Part shown: piece after piece, positions 41,932 to 51,875 of the stretch
Numbering within the stretch: position 1 is the stretch's first letter
How the letters are laid out: each line of letters opens with the position of its first letter
Virus record (IMG/VR): IMGVR_UViG_3300035501_000922
Origin: a virus
Lineage: Duplodnaviria > Caudoviricetes
Reading direction: 5' to 3' (one strand)
DNA: 64,000 nucleotides
Made by a program: the position numbers and the translations under genes
The notes under the pieces: generated by a model
Databases searched by the model: none
The model's input: only the letters and a program-made list of their open reading frames with translations
Told to the model about the DNA's origin: nothing

Positions 41932-42135
41932 ATGAGTAATATGGATAAAGAAAAAGAAGAGATGAAAGAATCTATTAATGAGATTATTTTTCTTTCCGAT
42001 TTTATATGCTACAATTCTTTAGAAAAGAATCAAAAGAAAATAAAAAAGAAATTGAAGAAATTATTAAATCATATTGAAAATGATGAATTTTCTCAATGTA
42101 TGAGTGAGGAGTGGTTACAAAAATATGACGAATGA
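41932..42135 (+). CDS. Hypothetical protein (67 aa)
   Basis: RBS GTGAGGA, first gene of the operon. Confidence 0.65.
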   Translation: MSNMDKEKEEMKESINEIIFLSDFICYNSLEKNQKKIKKKLKKLLNHIENDEFSQCMSEEWLQKYDE

Positions 42136-42670
42136 AAAACTTTATAAATACTATTTCTTCTATCTCAAAACAGAAGGCTATAAACCTGAACTGTATGCAT
42201 ATACAGATAATAAGGAACTTGCTGATGAATTTGAAATAGAAAGAAATATGGATTTGTTTGTTAAGAAAAAACACAAGATAACAAGAGGAGCTGTGAATGA
42301 CCTTGCTCAGGAATATCCTGAATTAGCAATTGAGTTAATAGACGGTGTAACTAAAAGTAATGATAATATATCACATACCGTTAAATTTTCAATGGCAGTA
42401 ACTGCAGTTGAAAGAATGAGTATTGTAACTGAATTTAATAATGTAGTTTTTTATCAATTACTTTCATTATCATCAATAGATCCTCGTGCGTTTAAACCGA
42501 GTATACAAAAATCTTTAAACATTATTGATTATACCTATAACTATTATACATATCATTTAGAGGCTAGTATTCCAGATGATGTATATGAATATCAATATTG
42601 TTATGATATGGATTTGTTTGGTGTATTCGTTAATTTATATGGAAAACTTTTAAGGAATAGTGGTGATTAA
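42125..42670 (+). CDS. Paralog family member 1 (LYA.T..K..A..F...R motif)
   Basis: Shared N- and C-terminal motifs with the next three ORFs. Start likely ATG 42125. Confidence 0.7.
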   Translation: MTNEKLYKYYFFYLKTEGYKPELYAYTDNKELADEFEIERNMDLFVKKKHKITRGAVNDLAQEYPELAIELIDGVTKSNDNISHTVKFSMAVTAVERMSIVTEFNNVVFYQLLSLSSIDPRAFKPSIQKSLNIIDYTYNYYTYHLEASIPDDVYEYQYCYDMDLFGVFVNLYGKLLRNSGD

Positions 42671-42672
42671 AA

Positions 42673-43338
42673 ATGAAAAAAGTATATCTTATATATGCAA
42701 AGATAACTTCGGAATTGTGGAATGAATGGTTTTCTCATGTTGTTGATTATTCGAAGAGGCTATTCAAATACAATGAGTCCATGGATTATTATATAGGATT
42801 ATACGCATGGACTACAGATAAGTCTCTTTATAAAACTTTTAAGAAGAATAGGGAGTACTGTAAGTATTATGTGTATATGGATAAGTCCATGACAAAACGA
42901 GAGTTTAAAGAGTTTAAAAAATTAAATGGTGATAATCGTTTGTCTGTATATAGTTATAGTAGAGGAGATTACAACAGACTTCCGCCAGTTCAAGTTGTAA
43001 CAACATGTAGTGAGCGTAGTACTATACTTGAACGTGAGAATCTAGTTATGGTCTTGTATACGGTTTTCCCTCAGTTTGACGTGGAGTATTATTGGTTTAA
43101 TAATAAAATTATAGACGCTCTGGATAAACTAATGTATACATCAGTTTATGATGTTGATTGGGGTGGAGATTCAGCATGCTTTACAACAGAAGAACGTGAC
43201 CAACGAATAGATTATGCAAATAATAATATGTCGTATGGATTAACTGTGTATGGCAATAAATTCTTTGATATATTCACAAATGAGTTTGGTTTGTTAATGT
43301 TTATATTCAAGCCGATGTTTATAGGAGGAGGTTTTTAA
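42673..43338 (+). CDS. Paralog family member 2
   Basis: 'LYAWTTDKSLYKTFKKNR'. Confidence 0.7.
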   Translation: MKKVYLIYAKITSELWNEWFSHVVDYSKRLFKYNESMDYYIGLYAWTTDKSLYKTFKKNREYCKYYVYMDKSMTKREFKEFKKLNGDNRLSVYSYSRGDYNRLPPVQVVTTCSERSTILERENLVMVLYTVFPQFDVEYYWFNNKIIDALDKLMYTSVYDVDWGGDSACFTTEERDQRIDYANNNMSYGLTVYGNKFFDIFTNEFGLLMFIFKPMFIGGGF

Positions 43339-43964
43339 TGAAAGTTTATTGTTTTTATCTATATGGTGATGAGCTTACTACAAATAAGTATGCGGCATTA
43401 CCGTATGATAATACGAGAATGAGTAATGAATTTATGTATTCATTATATGGATTTACTAATAATAAAAAGATTGCAGGAGAATTTCGTAAGAGTAGAGATA
43501 TGAATATATTCTTTGAGAAAACAATGGATATGAGTTCTAAGGAATATGAGGCATTGTCTGAAGATAAAATGGAATGTGAAATCAGACACTATCCATACAA
43601 AATTCCTGCGATACGTGATGATAAAATAACAGTTGAGTTGATGTTTATTACATCTACTACATCAGAGTATAATAAAATATGTTTTGACGGTACCACATAT
43701 CTTAATAAGGTATATTCTGATACGTATAAAAACATGACATACATTAGACCTACTGATTTCAATGATATATTATCTATCACGTTACGAAAGGTTTTCAATT
43801 ACTATGATGTATTGGATTGGGTACGGCAAATTGATAGTTTACCAGACTACAGTTTTGATATAAATACCTGCTCATTATATTTTCATGTATTTGGAAATAC
43901 TTATAACGAAGAAAGGATGAGTGAAGCATGCAATTATGGAGATTCTTTAAGAAACCTAGCATAG
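43338..43964 (+). CDS. Paralog family member 3
   Basis: 'LYGFTNNKKIAGEFRKSRDM'. Confidence 0.7.
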   Translation: MKVYCFYLYGDELTTNKYAALPYDNTRMSNEFMYSLYGFTNNKKIAGEFRKSRDMNIFFEKTMDMSSKEYEALSEDKMECEIRHYPYKIPAIRDDKITVELMFITSTTSEYNKICFDGTTYLNKVYSDTYKNMTYIRPTDFNDILSITLRKVFNYYDVLDWVRQIDSLPDYSFDINTCSLYFHVFGNTYNEERMSEACNYGDSLRNLA

Positions 43965-44497
43965 ATGCTGATGATGTACCTACTGTATTGACAATAACAG
44001 ACAGGTATCCATTATATGCAATAACATGTGATAAAAAGTTAGCAAAGAGGTTTCAACGAGAAAGAAATTCTGATAAATTCATTATCAAAAAAACGAAAGT
44101 AGATAAAGCTGAATATGCTGAATATGCTATGCGTAATAGGTCATGTGTTTTGTGTATTCAAAAGCTAACTACTGTAAAGAATAAAAACACGAAAGACCAA
44201 GAGATACTTGATGTAGAGGTTCTACTAACTACTGCAGAATATCAAATATGTAAAGAACCAATGATTCTTATTGGTGACGATTCGTGGTGGACGAACACAG
44301 CATATGAGGTTCCTAATCCTTATATATTTAATACTGAGGTAACTAAAGCATTACGTTATTTTGATTATATCATGTTGTATAAACTTTTTGTAGAAAGTGC
44401 TGAAATGATGGAACAAGATGACGACTACTCTGTACCACAATGGTATATTGATGAGTTAGCTTATTTTGTTGATATATATCAGGATACATTCAGGTAA
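43928..44497 (+). CDS. Paralog family member 4
   Basis: 'LYAITCDKKLAKRFQRERN'. Confidence 0.7.
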   Translation: MQLWRFFKKPSIDADDVPTVLTITDRYPLYAITCDKKLAKRFQRERNSDKFIIKKTKVDKAEYAEYAMRNRSCVLCIQKLTTVKNKNTKDQEILDVEVLLTTAEYQICKEPMILIGDDSWWTNTAYEVPNPYIFNTEVTKALRYFDYIMLYKLFVESAEMMEQDDDYSVPQWYIDELAYFVDIYQDTFR

Positions 44498-44535
44498 TTT
44501 TAATCAGATGACAATATTATAATTTAAAGTAGGAG

Positions 44536-45219
44536 ATGATAATAATGGCTAAGAAAACTACTATAAAAGATAATATTAAGTTGATGAGTATAACAGCTCC
44601 TGAGCCAATGGAATACTATGTTAATATTGAAACTGATAAGGACAGAAAGAAATATGTTTTTCAGATTGAAAAGATTGTTAGGAGTTCTCTTGAATATAAG
44701 GATTATATTAATTTCTTAAAAGAAAATCTTGACTTAAATAAGTGCATATTTTTCCAGAATGTCACATCAGATAAAACTAATCGACGTAGTAAAGTTAGTA
44801 TTGAATTACATCATGAACCATTTACATTATTCGATTATGTGAATACTGTAGTTACCAAATATCAAACTGAGGGGCTACCGCTTAACGCATTAAACATAGC
44901 TGATGAAGTACTCGAACTTCATTATGCTAATAAGGTTGGTTTAGTTCCTTTATCTAAAACGATGCATGAGGTTATTCATAATTCAACAAAGCTTCTTGTT
45001 CCATTGAATATGTGCTATGGTGATTACTCACAATTTTTGGAAGAATATGAACCGTACATATCGGAAGATATGTACGATAAACTTGAACGGAAATTGGATA
45101 TGACGAAAAACCTAACGCCAGATTCATTTGAAGCTATTAAGAAAGAATTTACTTATGTTGACGTTAAGGGTTTTGAAGGTGTAGATAAATTACAAACCGC
45201 ATCTTCACAAATAGCATAA
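44536..45219 (+). CDS. HNH-like (His-Me finger) protein, paralog of 52682-53308
   Basis: 'IELHHEPFTLFDY...LVPLSKTMHEVIH'. GACA-N6-TA promoter at 44510-44521. Confidence 0.55.
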   Translation: MIIMAKKTTIKDNIKLMSITAPEPMEYYVNIETDKDRKKYVFQIEKIVRSSLEYKDYINFLKENLDLNKCIFFQNVTSDKTNRRSKVSIELHHEPFTLFDYVNTVVTKYQTEGLPLNALNIADEVLELHYANKVGLVPLSKTMHEVIHNSTKLLVPLNMCYGDYSQFLEEYEPYISEDMYDKLERKLDMTKNLTPDSFEAIKKEFTYVDVKGFEGVDKLQTASSQIA

Positions 45220-45258
45220 AATAAGAGCATATAGTTATGAACTATATGCTCTTATTTT
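45218..45258 (+). terminator. Intrinsic terminator
   Basis: aaaataagagcatatagt/actatatgctcttatttt. Confidence 0.8.
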
Positions 45259-45407
45259 TTATGACATTTGACAACGGATAAGGAATCGTAAAGTGAATCT
45301 ATAAATTTCTTTCAAGATTTTATACTTTTGTTTTACTATTAAAAAATAAGAATCCGAAAAACTCTATTTTAAGTCAATCAGTCAAGACTTTTTAATTTAG
45401 TATTTAC

Positions 45408-45419
45408 TTATATATTATT
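45408..45419 (+). promoter_or_regulatory. Early-type promoter TTATATATTATT
   Basis: Upstream of the 45462 operon. Confidence 0.65.
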
Positions 45420-45461
45420 TATAAGTAAATACCTTAATTTATTCGGAAGGAGTTATTAGAT

Positions 45462-46709
45462 ATGGGTGTAATTAAAATTGGTTTCGATGAAGATATTCCA
45501 GATCAGTATGAAATGGAAGATGAACCTGAAAAACTTCATGGTAAAAAATTCAAGAGACCAGAAAGAAGAGATGTGTACATCTCTCCACAAAGATTAGAGG
45601 TAATTAAATCTGAATATAATTGTGTTGTTATACATGATTATGGAGATGAGTACCATTTGTCTGAAGAGGAAAGAGAAGCGAAGAATCAGTTCTACAGTAC
45701 ATTTAAGATTCTGAAGAAAGCAAAAAGGAAATACAGGAACATCGTTGAGTATGTAAAAGTAATGAGAGATGCACTTGCATGTCTTGATGCAGTTGCAGAG
45801 AAGAATGGTGTCTATGATCCAGAAGAATTCAAGCACTTATATTTTAAAGGCGAGATATTCATTAATGGATTGCATTTTCCTAAGTATGTCGGAAAGGATA
45901 AGAAGAACATTTCATGGGAATATCTTGCTGAATTTATATTAGGTGATGCAGACCCAAGTGAACTGATTCCAGATAAAAACGACGATATACTTAATGAAGA
46001 AGAAATGGAAGAACGTAAACTGCAACTCTTTACAGACGAAGAACTTTCAGAAATCATGGCACCACCATCAGATGAAGAAGTTCAAACGGAAATGAAACTC
46101 TTCGATGTTGATACAGATTCACAGAATGGTAGGAATGTGGCAGTATTTCTTGATGATAAAGCTACAAGGAAGTTTATTAAAGCACAGCCAGAATTCCTTA
46201 ATGAAGTGAAGGAAATTAAACGTTCTATGAAGTCGGAAGAACATCTGCTATCATTTGTATCTGATTTGACGATGGATGATATTGAACACATTGAAGCATA
46301 CGACCAGAGGCATAATTATGTATCAACAGCTGATATGCCTGAATTTAAGGGTGATATTATGAAGGATTCTGATTATCATCGTTATATGCAAGCTCTTAAA
46401 GATTATGAAGATGAGTATATCAAAGATAATTATCATGGTCGTATGAAGACACTCGGTGAGATACGTGAACTTGAGCTTAAAGCAGCACTTGAAGAAGGCG
46501 GATGGAATATTCGTGCTCTTTATAATAATAAAGAGAAAGAGGAGAAACTGCGTAAAGCTATGAAGCGTGATAGGAAGCGTGAAAAGAAGTTAAAAGAGCA
46601 ACTTATCAAAATACAGAACCGAAATAAGAAGCGTCGTCAAATGGGTGATGATATCAATTCTTCGAAAAAGAAGAAAAACAAAAAGAAAAAGCATAAGGAC
46701 GATGACTGA
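45462..46709 (+). CDS. Hypothetical acidic protein with a basic C-terminal tail
   Basis: 415-aa ORF, RBS GAAGGAG. Confidence 0.7.
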   Translation: MGVIKIGFDEDIPDQYEMEDEPEKLHGKKFKRPERRDVYISPQRLEVIKSEYNCVVIHDYGDEYHLSEEEREAKNQFYSTFKILKKAKRKYRNIVEYVKVMRDALACLDAVAEKNGVYDPEEFKHLYFKGEIFINGLHFPKYVGKDKKNISWEYLAEFILGDADPSELIPDKNDDILNEEEMEERKLQLFTDEELSEIMAPPSDEEVQTEMKLFDVDTDSQNGRNVAVFLDDKATRKFIKAQPEFLNEVKEIKRSMKSEEHLLSFVSDLTMDDIEHIEAYDQRHNYVSTADMPEFKGDIMKDSDYHRYMQALKDYEDEYIKDNYHGRMKTLGEIRELELKAALEEGGWNIRALYNNKEKEEKLRKAMKRDRKREKKLKEQLIKIQNRNKKRRQMGDDINSSKKKKNKKKKHKDDD

Positions 46710-46875
46710 TAATAATGAGTATAATATTCGAAAGTACAACCAACAGTACAAAAAGAATGCAGAAGAAGCAATAGATTTGATTCTTCTCAATACGGTTGGA
46801 AGTACTGAAGATGATTTTAAAGATTATACTCGTGAATCATTAGATTGGTCATGGGACAATATAACAAATCAATGA
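46702..46875 (+). CDS. Small hypothetical protein (57 aa)
   Basis: ATG overlapping the upstream stop, with RBS AAGGA. Confidence 0.5.
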   Translation: MTDNNEYNIRKYNQQYKKNAEEAIDLILLNTVGSTEDDFKDYTRESLDWSWDNITNQ

Positions 46876-46886
46876 GGTGTTTAACA

Positions 46887-47756
46887 TTGAATGAAACTAA
46901 AAAGAAAAGGTCATTAATTCTACAGTACTTCTCAATGGATTTATATGTAGAATTAATGAAAGTCACGATGATGTCTGATGTTGATAATAATGAAAAGGGA
47001 AACATCATTAAGGAACTTTTGTTTAAATATCAAGTACCATATACAGCACTCGGTAGTGGAACTAATAGAATGGCAGTTCTTATCGAAGGTTATGCAGTTA
47101 AAATCGCTCTGGATAGAGATGGAATGATTGATAATCAAAGAGAAATGCTATATGCGAAAAATCTACAACCATATGTTGTTAAGGTGTATGAATGTACACC
47201 GAATGGCTTGATAGCAATAACTGAATATGTGTCTATATTCACGTTAGATGATTTTCACACATATCAACCAGACATGAGAGATATCCTAGAAGATATTTCA
47301 AGTAACTTTCTTATCGGTGATGTAGGCATTACTGGTAAGAATTATGTTAACTGGGGAATCCGTGATGATGGTACAATATGCATATTGGATTTTGCATATA
47401 TTTACGCAGTTCAATATAAGTTATTTGTATGCAGTTGTGATGGTGAAACGTTACTTCAGTATGACAAAGATTATGTAAATATGCGTTGTCCACATTGTGG
47501 TCGAAGATATACGTTTGGTGAAATACGCAAAAAGGTAACTAGAGCAAAGCAAGAAATGGAAATCGGTGATATACGAAGACTAGGTTATAATCTGACTCAG
47601 CCAGAAGAATATGTATCTGTAATTCCAGAATTTGAACCTCGAATTAAAGAAAAGAAGAAAAAGGTATTGACACCAACGGAAGAAGCGATACGTAATTATC
47701 GCAAAAGAAAAAAGCATGATCCTGAGGATTGGGGTTATCCTGACGATGAGGATTAA
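46887..47756 (+). CDS. Protein kinase-like protein with C-terminal zinc ribbon
   Basis: 'LGSGTNR.A' (Gly loop), 'AVKIA' (Lys), 'NQRE' (helix C), 'D.....N.G' and 'ILDFA', then CxC...CPHCG. Probable TTG start behind GAGGTG. Confidence 0.7.
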   Translation: MNETKKKRSLILQYFSMDLYVELMKVTMMSDVDNNEKGNIIKELLFKYQVPYTALGSGTNRMAVLIEGYAVKIALDRDGMIDNQREMLYAKNLQPYVVKVYECTPNGLIAITEYVSIFTLDDFHTYQPDMRDILEDISSNFLIGDVGITGKNYVNWGIRDDGTICILDFAYIYAVQYKLFVCSCDGETLLQYDKDYVNMRCPHCGRRYTFGEIRKKVTRAKQEMEIGDIRRLGYNLTQPEEYVSVIPEFEPRIKEKKKKVLTPTEEAIRNYRKRKKHDPEDWGYPDDED

Positions 47757-47786
47757 TATAATAAAAACCTGAAGGGAGTTTTAATT

Positions 47787-48992
47787 ATGAGTAAGAAGAA
47801 GCATAAGGGTCTTTGGGACTTTACTGCGGAAGAACAGCAGGAAGCTGCTGAACAGATGGCTCAGCTTGAAGATAAAAAGCTGAGCATCTTTGATTTAGGA
47901 AAAGGTGCTGAAGCACCGATTTCAGAAAGTGGATTTACTAAGGACTTAGAATCCATAATATACAGGGATATTCTAGGTTCATCCAATCAGCCTATTGCCA
48001 TTCCTAATGCAGGAATGAGTATCGTTGCTGACAGCAAGCCTGAGGTACAGACTGAAGTAAAAGAATTTATTCCTAGTACAGCTGAAAGTACTGATGGTAT
48101 TCATGTTGATATCAACAGACGTCTGAATAGGCTTACAATTGATGATGGTGTGTCACCCACAACTCTTTCGATTGACTATATAAATCTTATTGAGATTTCT
48201 GGTGATTATGATGATTCAGATGCGGCACAGATTATTTCGTTGCTGTATTACTATATCATTTCGTGCAAGCATCCGTTCGCTGTTATTTCAAATATTGAGT
48301 TTGAAAGTAAATTCAAGAAATACAAATCATTCAATGAAAATAAGTTTATTTTCATCGCAATTGATGGTGGACAGTGCTTGTATTATATAGAAGAGGAAGA
48401 TGTGCGAAAGCTTACTACTCTTCCTGATATTTATCATATGAATACAGAGAGTACACTACAATTCTACACAGCTCTTGCATATAACGCCGGAGCTACACAT
48501 AACATATTCTTTATTGATGATGATGAATATATATCGAGGTATAAATCATATCTTGAATCAATCCGTTCGGTTGATGATTACATTAAGCTTATGGATAATG
48601 ATAAAGATACTGTATTTCATGATAATATACCTGGAGAGGTTACATTCTATGCGGAATGTTTAGACGCAACGTATCTCCAGAAGAATGCACGTGAACAGTT
48701 AATGGAATTAATTGGTGATATCGACGATGATGATGATGACTGGGGTAGCGACGATGATGAAGACACTGAAGACGAAACGCCTAATTATTCGGTAGATGAT
48801 ATTAATTCATTATTACCAGATGATGGAACAGTGGTTGAAGTAGTTTCAGAAGTAACCGAAAAGGTACCCCCCATTGAGAATATCACACCAACAGGAGTAC
48901 CTACTGTAGAGGGGATTAATCAACTGAATAATGTAACTAATGAAAAACCCAGTGATGACTCAATGGTCATACCAGTTATTAAAAAGCATTAA
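47787..48992 (+). CDS. Hypothetical acidic protein
   Basis: 401-aa ORF, RBS AAGGGAG. Confidence 0.7.
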   Translation: MSKKKHKGLWDFTAEEQQEAAEQMAQLEDKKLSIFDLGKGAEAPISESGFTKDLESIIYRDILGSSNQPIAIPNAGMSIVADSKPEVQTEVKEFIPSTAESTDGIHVDINRRLNRLTIDDGVSPTTLSIDYINLIEISGDYDDSDAAQIISLLYYYIISCKHPFAVISNIEFESKFKKYKSFNENKFIFIAIDGGQCLYYIEEEDVRKLTTLPDIYHMNTESTLQFYTALAYNAGATHNIFFIDDDEYISRYKSYLESIRSVDDYIKLMDNDKDTVFHDNIPGEVTFYAECLDATYLQKNAREQLMELIGDIDDDDDDWGSDDDEDTEDETPNYSVDDINSLLPDDGTVVEVVSEVTEKVPPIENITPTGVPTVEGINQLNNVTNEKPSDDSMVIPVIKKH

Positions 48993-49003
48993 GGTGAACA
49001 GCT

Positions 49004-49654
49004 ATGATGTTTACAATGAATTCAAAAGTGTTTCAGGATGACTTTTTAACGAATGAATCTGATAAAAACATTTTGAAGGCTCAGTATGTAATAGTCTCAT
49101 CACGTATTCGTAAACAAGATTCTAGTTACAATAACATCATAAGTGCTTATAATTTCCTATTCCCAAATGGACAAGTCCTAGGTAAACTAACAGACGAAGA
49201 TGTTAGGGAAGAATATTTCAATCAATTGGAGAGTGTTAAACCGACGCTCTCCACATTGATTTTAGGTTCCATAGACGAAAAGTTCAATATCATTTTTATA
49301 TGTACTAAGTGCGAGGATAAGCTCCACTATCTACAATATCTTTCAGAATATATTTATATGGAGTTTGGATATCCTGTTTATGAGTATAAATCATATGCAA
49401 GTGGACGTTCAGCTTTAAGAGAATATGATATTAAAAAGGTTAAGAAAAAATGTAATAAGATACTTGCTAAAGCCAAGAAACGGCAATATCAAAAAGACCT
49501 TAAAACAGATGCAGGAAGAAGCAGGATTAAAAGTGAATTCAAATCACGAACGAAAAAAGAAATGCAAAAAGAACTTGAAGCTCGGAATCTATATATAGAT
49601 GGAATGAGTAAAAAAGAAATGCTTGAGATGTTTGAGTTATTCGTTTTAAAATAA
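49004..49654 (+). CDS. Hypothetical protein
   Basis: 216-aa ORF followed by a terminator hairpin (49656-49695). Confidence 0.7.
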   Translation: MMFTMNSKVFQDDFLTNESDKNILKAQYVIVSSRIRKQDSSYNNIISAYNFLFPNGQVLGKLTDEDVREEYFNQLESVKPTLSTLILGSIDEKFNIIFICTKCEDKLHYLQYLSEYIYMEFGYPVYEYKSYASGRSALREYDIKKVKKKCNKILAKAKKRQYQKDLKTDAGRSRIKSEFKSRTKKEMQKELEARNLYIDGMSKKEMLEMFELFVLK

Positions 49655-49722
49655 TAAAAATGTGTGATGATTTATGTTTCATCACACATTTTTTTAACTT
49701 TATTTGAAGAGGTGAGCTAATA

Positions 49723-50484
49723 ATGTCATCTAATTTGTGGAAAAAAGATAATTTTATAAATGAGAATATAATTTATTTATTTAATAAAGACATAGTAGAA
49801 TACGATATGAAAAGTGCTGGATTATCTCTTATTCAAGAATTTAAATTATTACCAGATAGTGATATCCAAAAGTTAAAAGAAGTTGGTAAACACCAAAGAG
49901 AAATTAAAATAGGAAAAATGCAAATTAAAAATGAGAAATTAAAAAATGGATTAAAAGATGCTTTCCAAGCAGCAAGACAAATGTTTTTTGAATTAAATAA
50001 ACTAGAAAACAGTGATATTATTTCGATTAAGAAAGATGCTATATTCACAACTAAATACTGTGAATACACTAAGATTGGAAAGTATATAGATTTTAGACCA
50101 AAACATAATTACAGCTCATATATTCGTCTAGATAAAAGACTTGAGTTTTACTATAGCCCTAGTGAGTTATCTGTTAAAGGAATTGACGATGAACTTCTGA
50201 AGTATCATCAAGATTATCTTTTGAAGTTCATTAATCTATATTTTAAAAAGATGGAAACTTCTGATAGTCCTGCAGTTATTGAATTTACCAGAAATTTTAT
50301 TGATAAATATAAAGCCAGAGAACTGTCACTTGGGTACTATAGAAATTTTAATATAAAATCTGATTTTGTAATATACAATGACGATAATAGATATATGAAT
50401 TATTGGGAGGAAGATAAAGACCAAGTTGATATATCATATAACTATTTTAATATTCTTTTAAAATTAATTAAAATACCATTGTAA
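49723..50484 (+). CDS. Small family-B DNA polymerase palm-like protein
   Basis: 'IVEYDMKSAGLS' (motif A-like) and 'IISIKKDAIF' (motif C-like) in only 253 aa. Confidence 0.55.
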   Translation: MSSNLWKKDNFINENIIYLFNKDIVEYDMKSAGLSLIQEFKLLPDSDIQKLKEVGKHQREIKIGKMQIKNEKLKNGLKDAFQAARQMFFELNKLENSDIISIKKDAIFTTKYCEYTKIGKYIDFRPKHNYSSYIRLDKRLEFYYSPSELSVKGIDDELLKYHQDYLLKFINLYFKKMETSDSPAVIEFTRNFIDKYKARELSLGYYRNFNIKSDFVIYNDDNRYMNYWEEDKDQVDISYNYFNILLKLIKIPL

Positions 50485-50497
50485 AGGAGAATGCTGA

Positions 50498-51157
50498 ATG
50501 GATATTAACTTTAGTAGCGTTGCGGGTGACCGTGAATGTTACGTATACTTTGATACCGAATTTACTGGTCTTAGACAAAATACAACGCTTATATCTATTG
50601 GTTTAGTTGATGCAGATGGTAGAAGTTTCTATGCAGAATTTACAGATTATGATAGGAATCAGATATCTGAATGGATAGAAGATAATGTAATCAGAAAGCT
50701 AACAAATCCAAAACTAAAAATAAATGGACATCATTGGAAGGTTACAGGTAATAAAAATGTTATTCGTAAATATCTTTGGAAATGGTTGGAACCATTAATA
50801 AATAAAGGTAAAAAGATACAGTTTGTTTCTGACGTATGTCATTACGATTTTGTGTTATTACTTGATTTATTATTGGAAAGAGATAAAACTGCTATTGACC
50901 TACCTGATTGTATTTCATCAGCATGTGTTGATGTCAATCAAGATATTGCACTATGCTTAAAGAGAAGTCCAAAACCTGATGATATGAGTGAAGACGAGTA
51001 TGAAAATAACTATGTACCAGTCTCAATTGCATTTGATATTAGTAGGGAGGAATTCATATCAAATAGTGGTAATTTTAAATTTAATGGTGCTAAGCATAAT
51101 TCTTTATATGATGCATTTGTTATTCGGGCTATGCATCAATATATTTGGAATTTATGA
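50498..51157 (+). CDS. DEDDh 3'-5' exonuclease (Rv2179c-like exoribonuclease family)
   Basis: 'YFDTEFTGL...LISIGLV...FYAE', 'YDFV' and 'HNSLYDA'. Confidence 0.85.
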   Translation: MDINFSSVAGDRECYVYFDTEFTGLRQNTTLISIGLVDADGRSFYAEFTDYDRNQISEWIEDNVIRKLTNPKLKINGHHWKVTGNKNVIRKYLWKWLEPLINKGKKIQFVSDVCHYDFVLLLDLLLERDKTAIDLPDCISSACVDVNQDIALCLKRSPKPDDMSEDEYENNYVPVSIAFDISREEFISNSGNFKFNGAKHNSLYDAFVIRAMHQYIWNL

Positions 51158-51164
51158 AAGGGAA

Positions 51165-51206
51165 AAGTAAATGAGAGTAATTTAAACAAATTACTCTCAT
51201 TTACTT
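51165..51206. terminator. Bidirectional terminator
   Basis: aagtaaatgagagtaattt/aaattactctcatttactt. Confidence 0.8.
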
Positions 51207-51211
51207 ATTTA

Positions 51212-51739
51212 TTAAGGAGTTTCAGAACTAGGAATTGTATTATTCGTATGATCAGCGTTAAATTGAATAACATTTGCCAACAGAATGATGCTTGTCTGTT
51301 GCGAGATATATTTCATTATATAATCATTTGTAAGAAATATATTTGGATTATCAAAAATTAATTTTTTATCCAACCCCTCATATACATTTGTAGATATAAT
51401 ATTTATATCATCTGAGAGTCTCGTATATTCATATTTTTGATTAAGTGTGATGAATGTTTTCATTGTGACATTACACTCAATTTCAATCAATGTATTAATT
51501 AACGATAATATTTCCTTTGTAACTTCAACTTGTTCATCAGTTGCTAAAATATTAGGCTTAGTTAGCTTATTATACTCAATAATACTTTTATTTTTTAAAT
51601 GAATCCTTATCTGCTTAAATAAGCTGATAAGAGTTATAAATGCATAAAATATGGTGATACTACCAATTATTATTAAAACAATAAAAATTATCTCGATTAT
51701 ATTTTCATTATGTAAAAAATTCATAGTGTTAACCTCCAT
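51212..51739 (-). CDS. Membrane protein with a single N-terminal TM helix
   Basis: 'IIEIIFIVLIIIGSITIFYAFITLISLF'. GACA-N6-TA promoter at 51750-51761. Confidence 0.65.
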   Translation of the reverse strand: MEVNTMNFLHNENIIEIIFIVLIIIGSITIFYAFITLISLFKQIRIHLKNKSIIEYNKLTKPNILATDEQVEVTKEILSLINTLIEIECNVTMKTFITLNQKYEYTRLSDDINIISTNVYEGLDKKLIFDNPNIFLTNDYIMKYISQQTSIILLANVIQFNADHTNNTIPSSETP

Positions 51740-51875
51740 AAGTATAAATTATGGTATTGTCGATATGGTAATTTTTAAAATGCGTAAACTATAAAACTTA
51801 AGTTATACATTATTTATGTGCAAAAAAGCAAAAAATAATCCATAACGTAAAAATAATATTAAGGAGGAATATATT

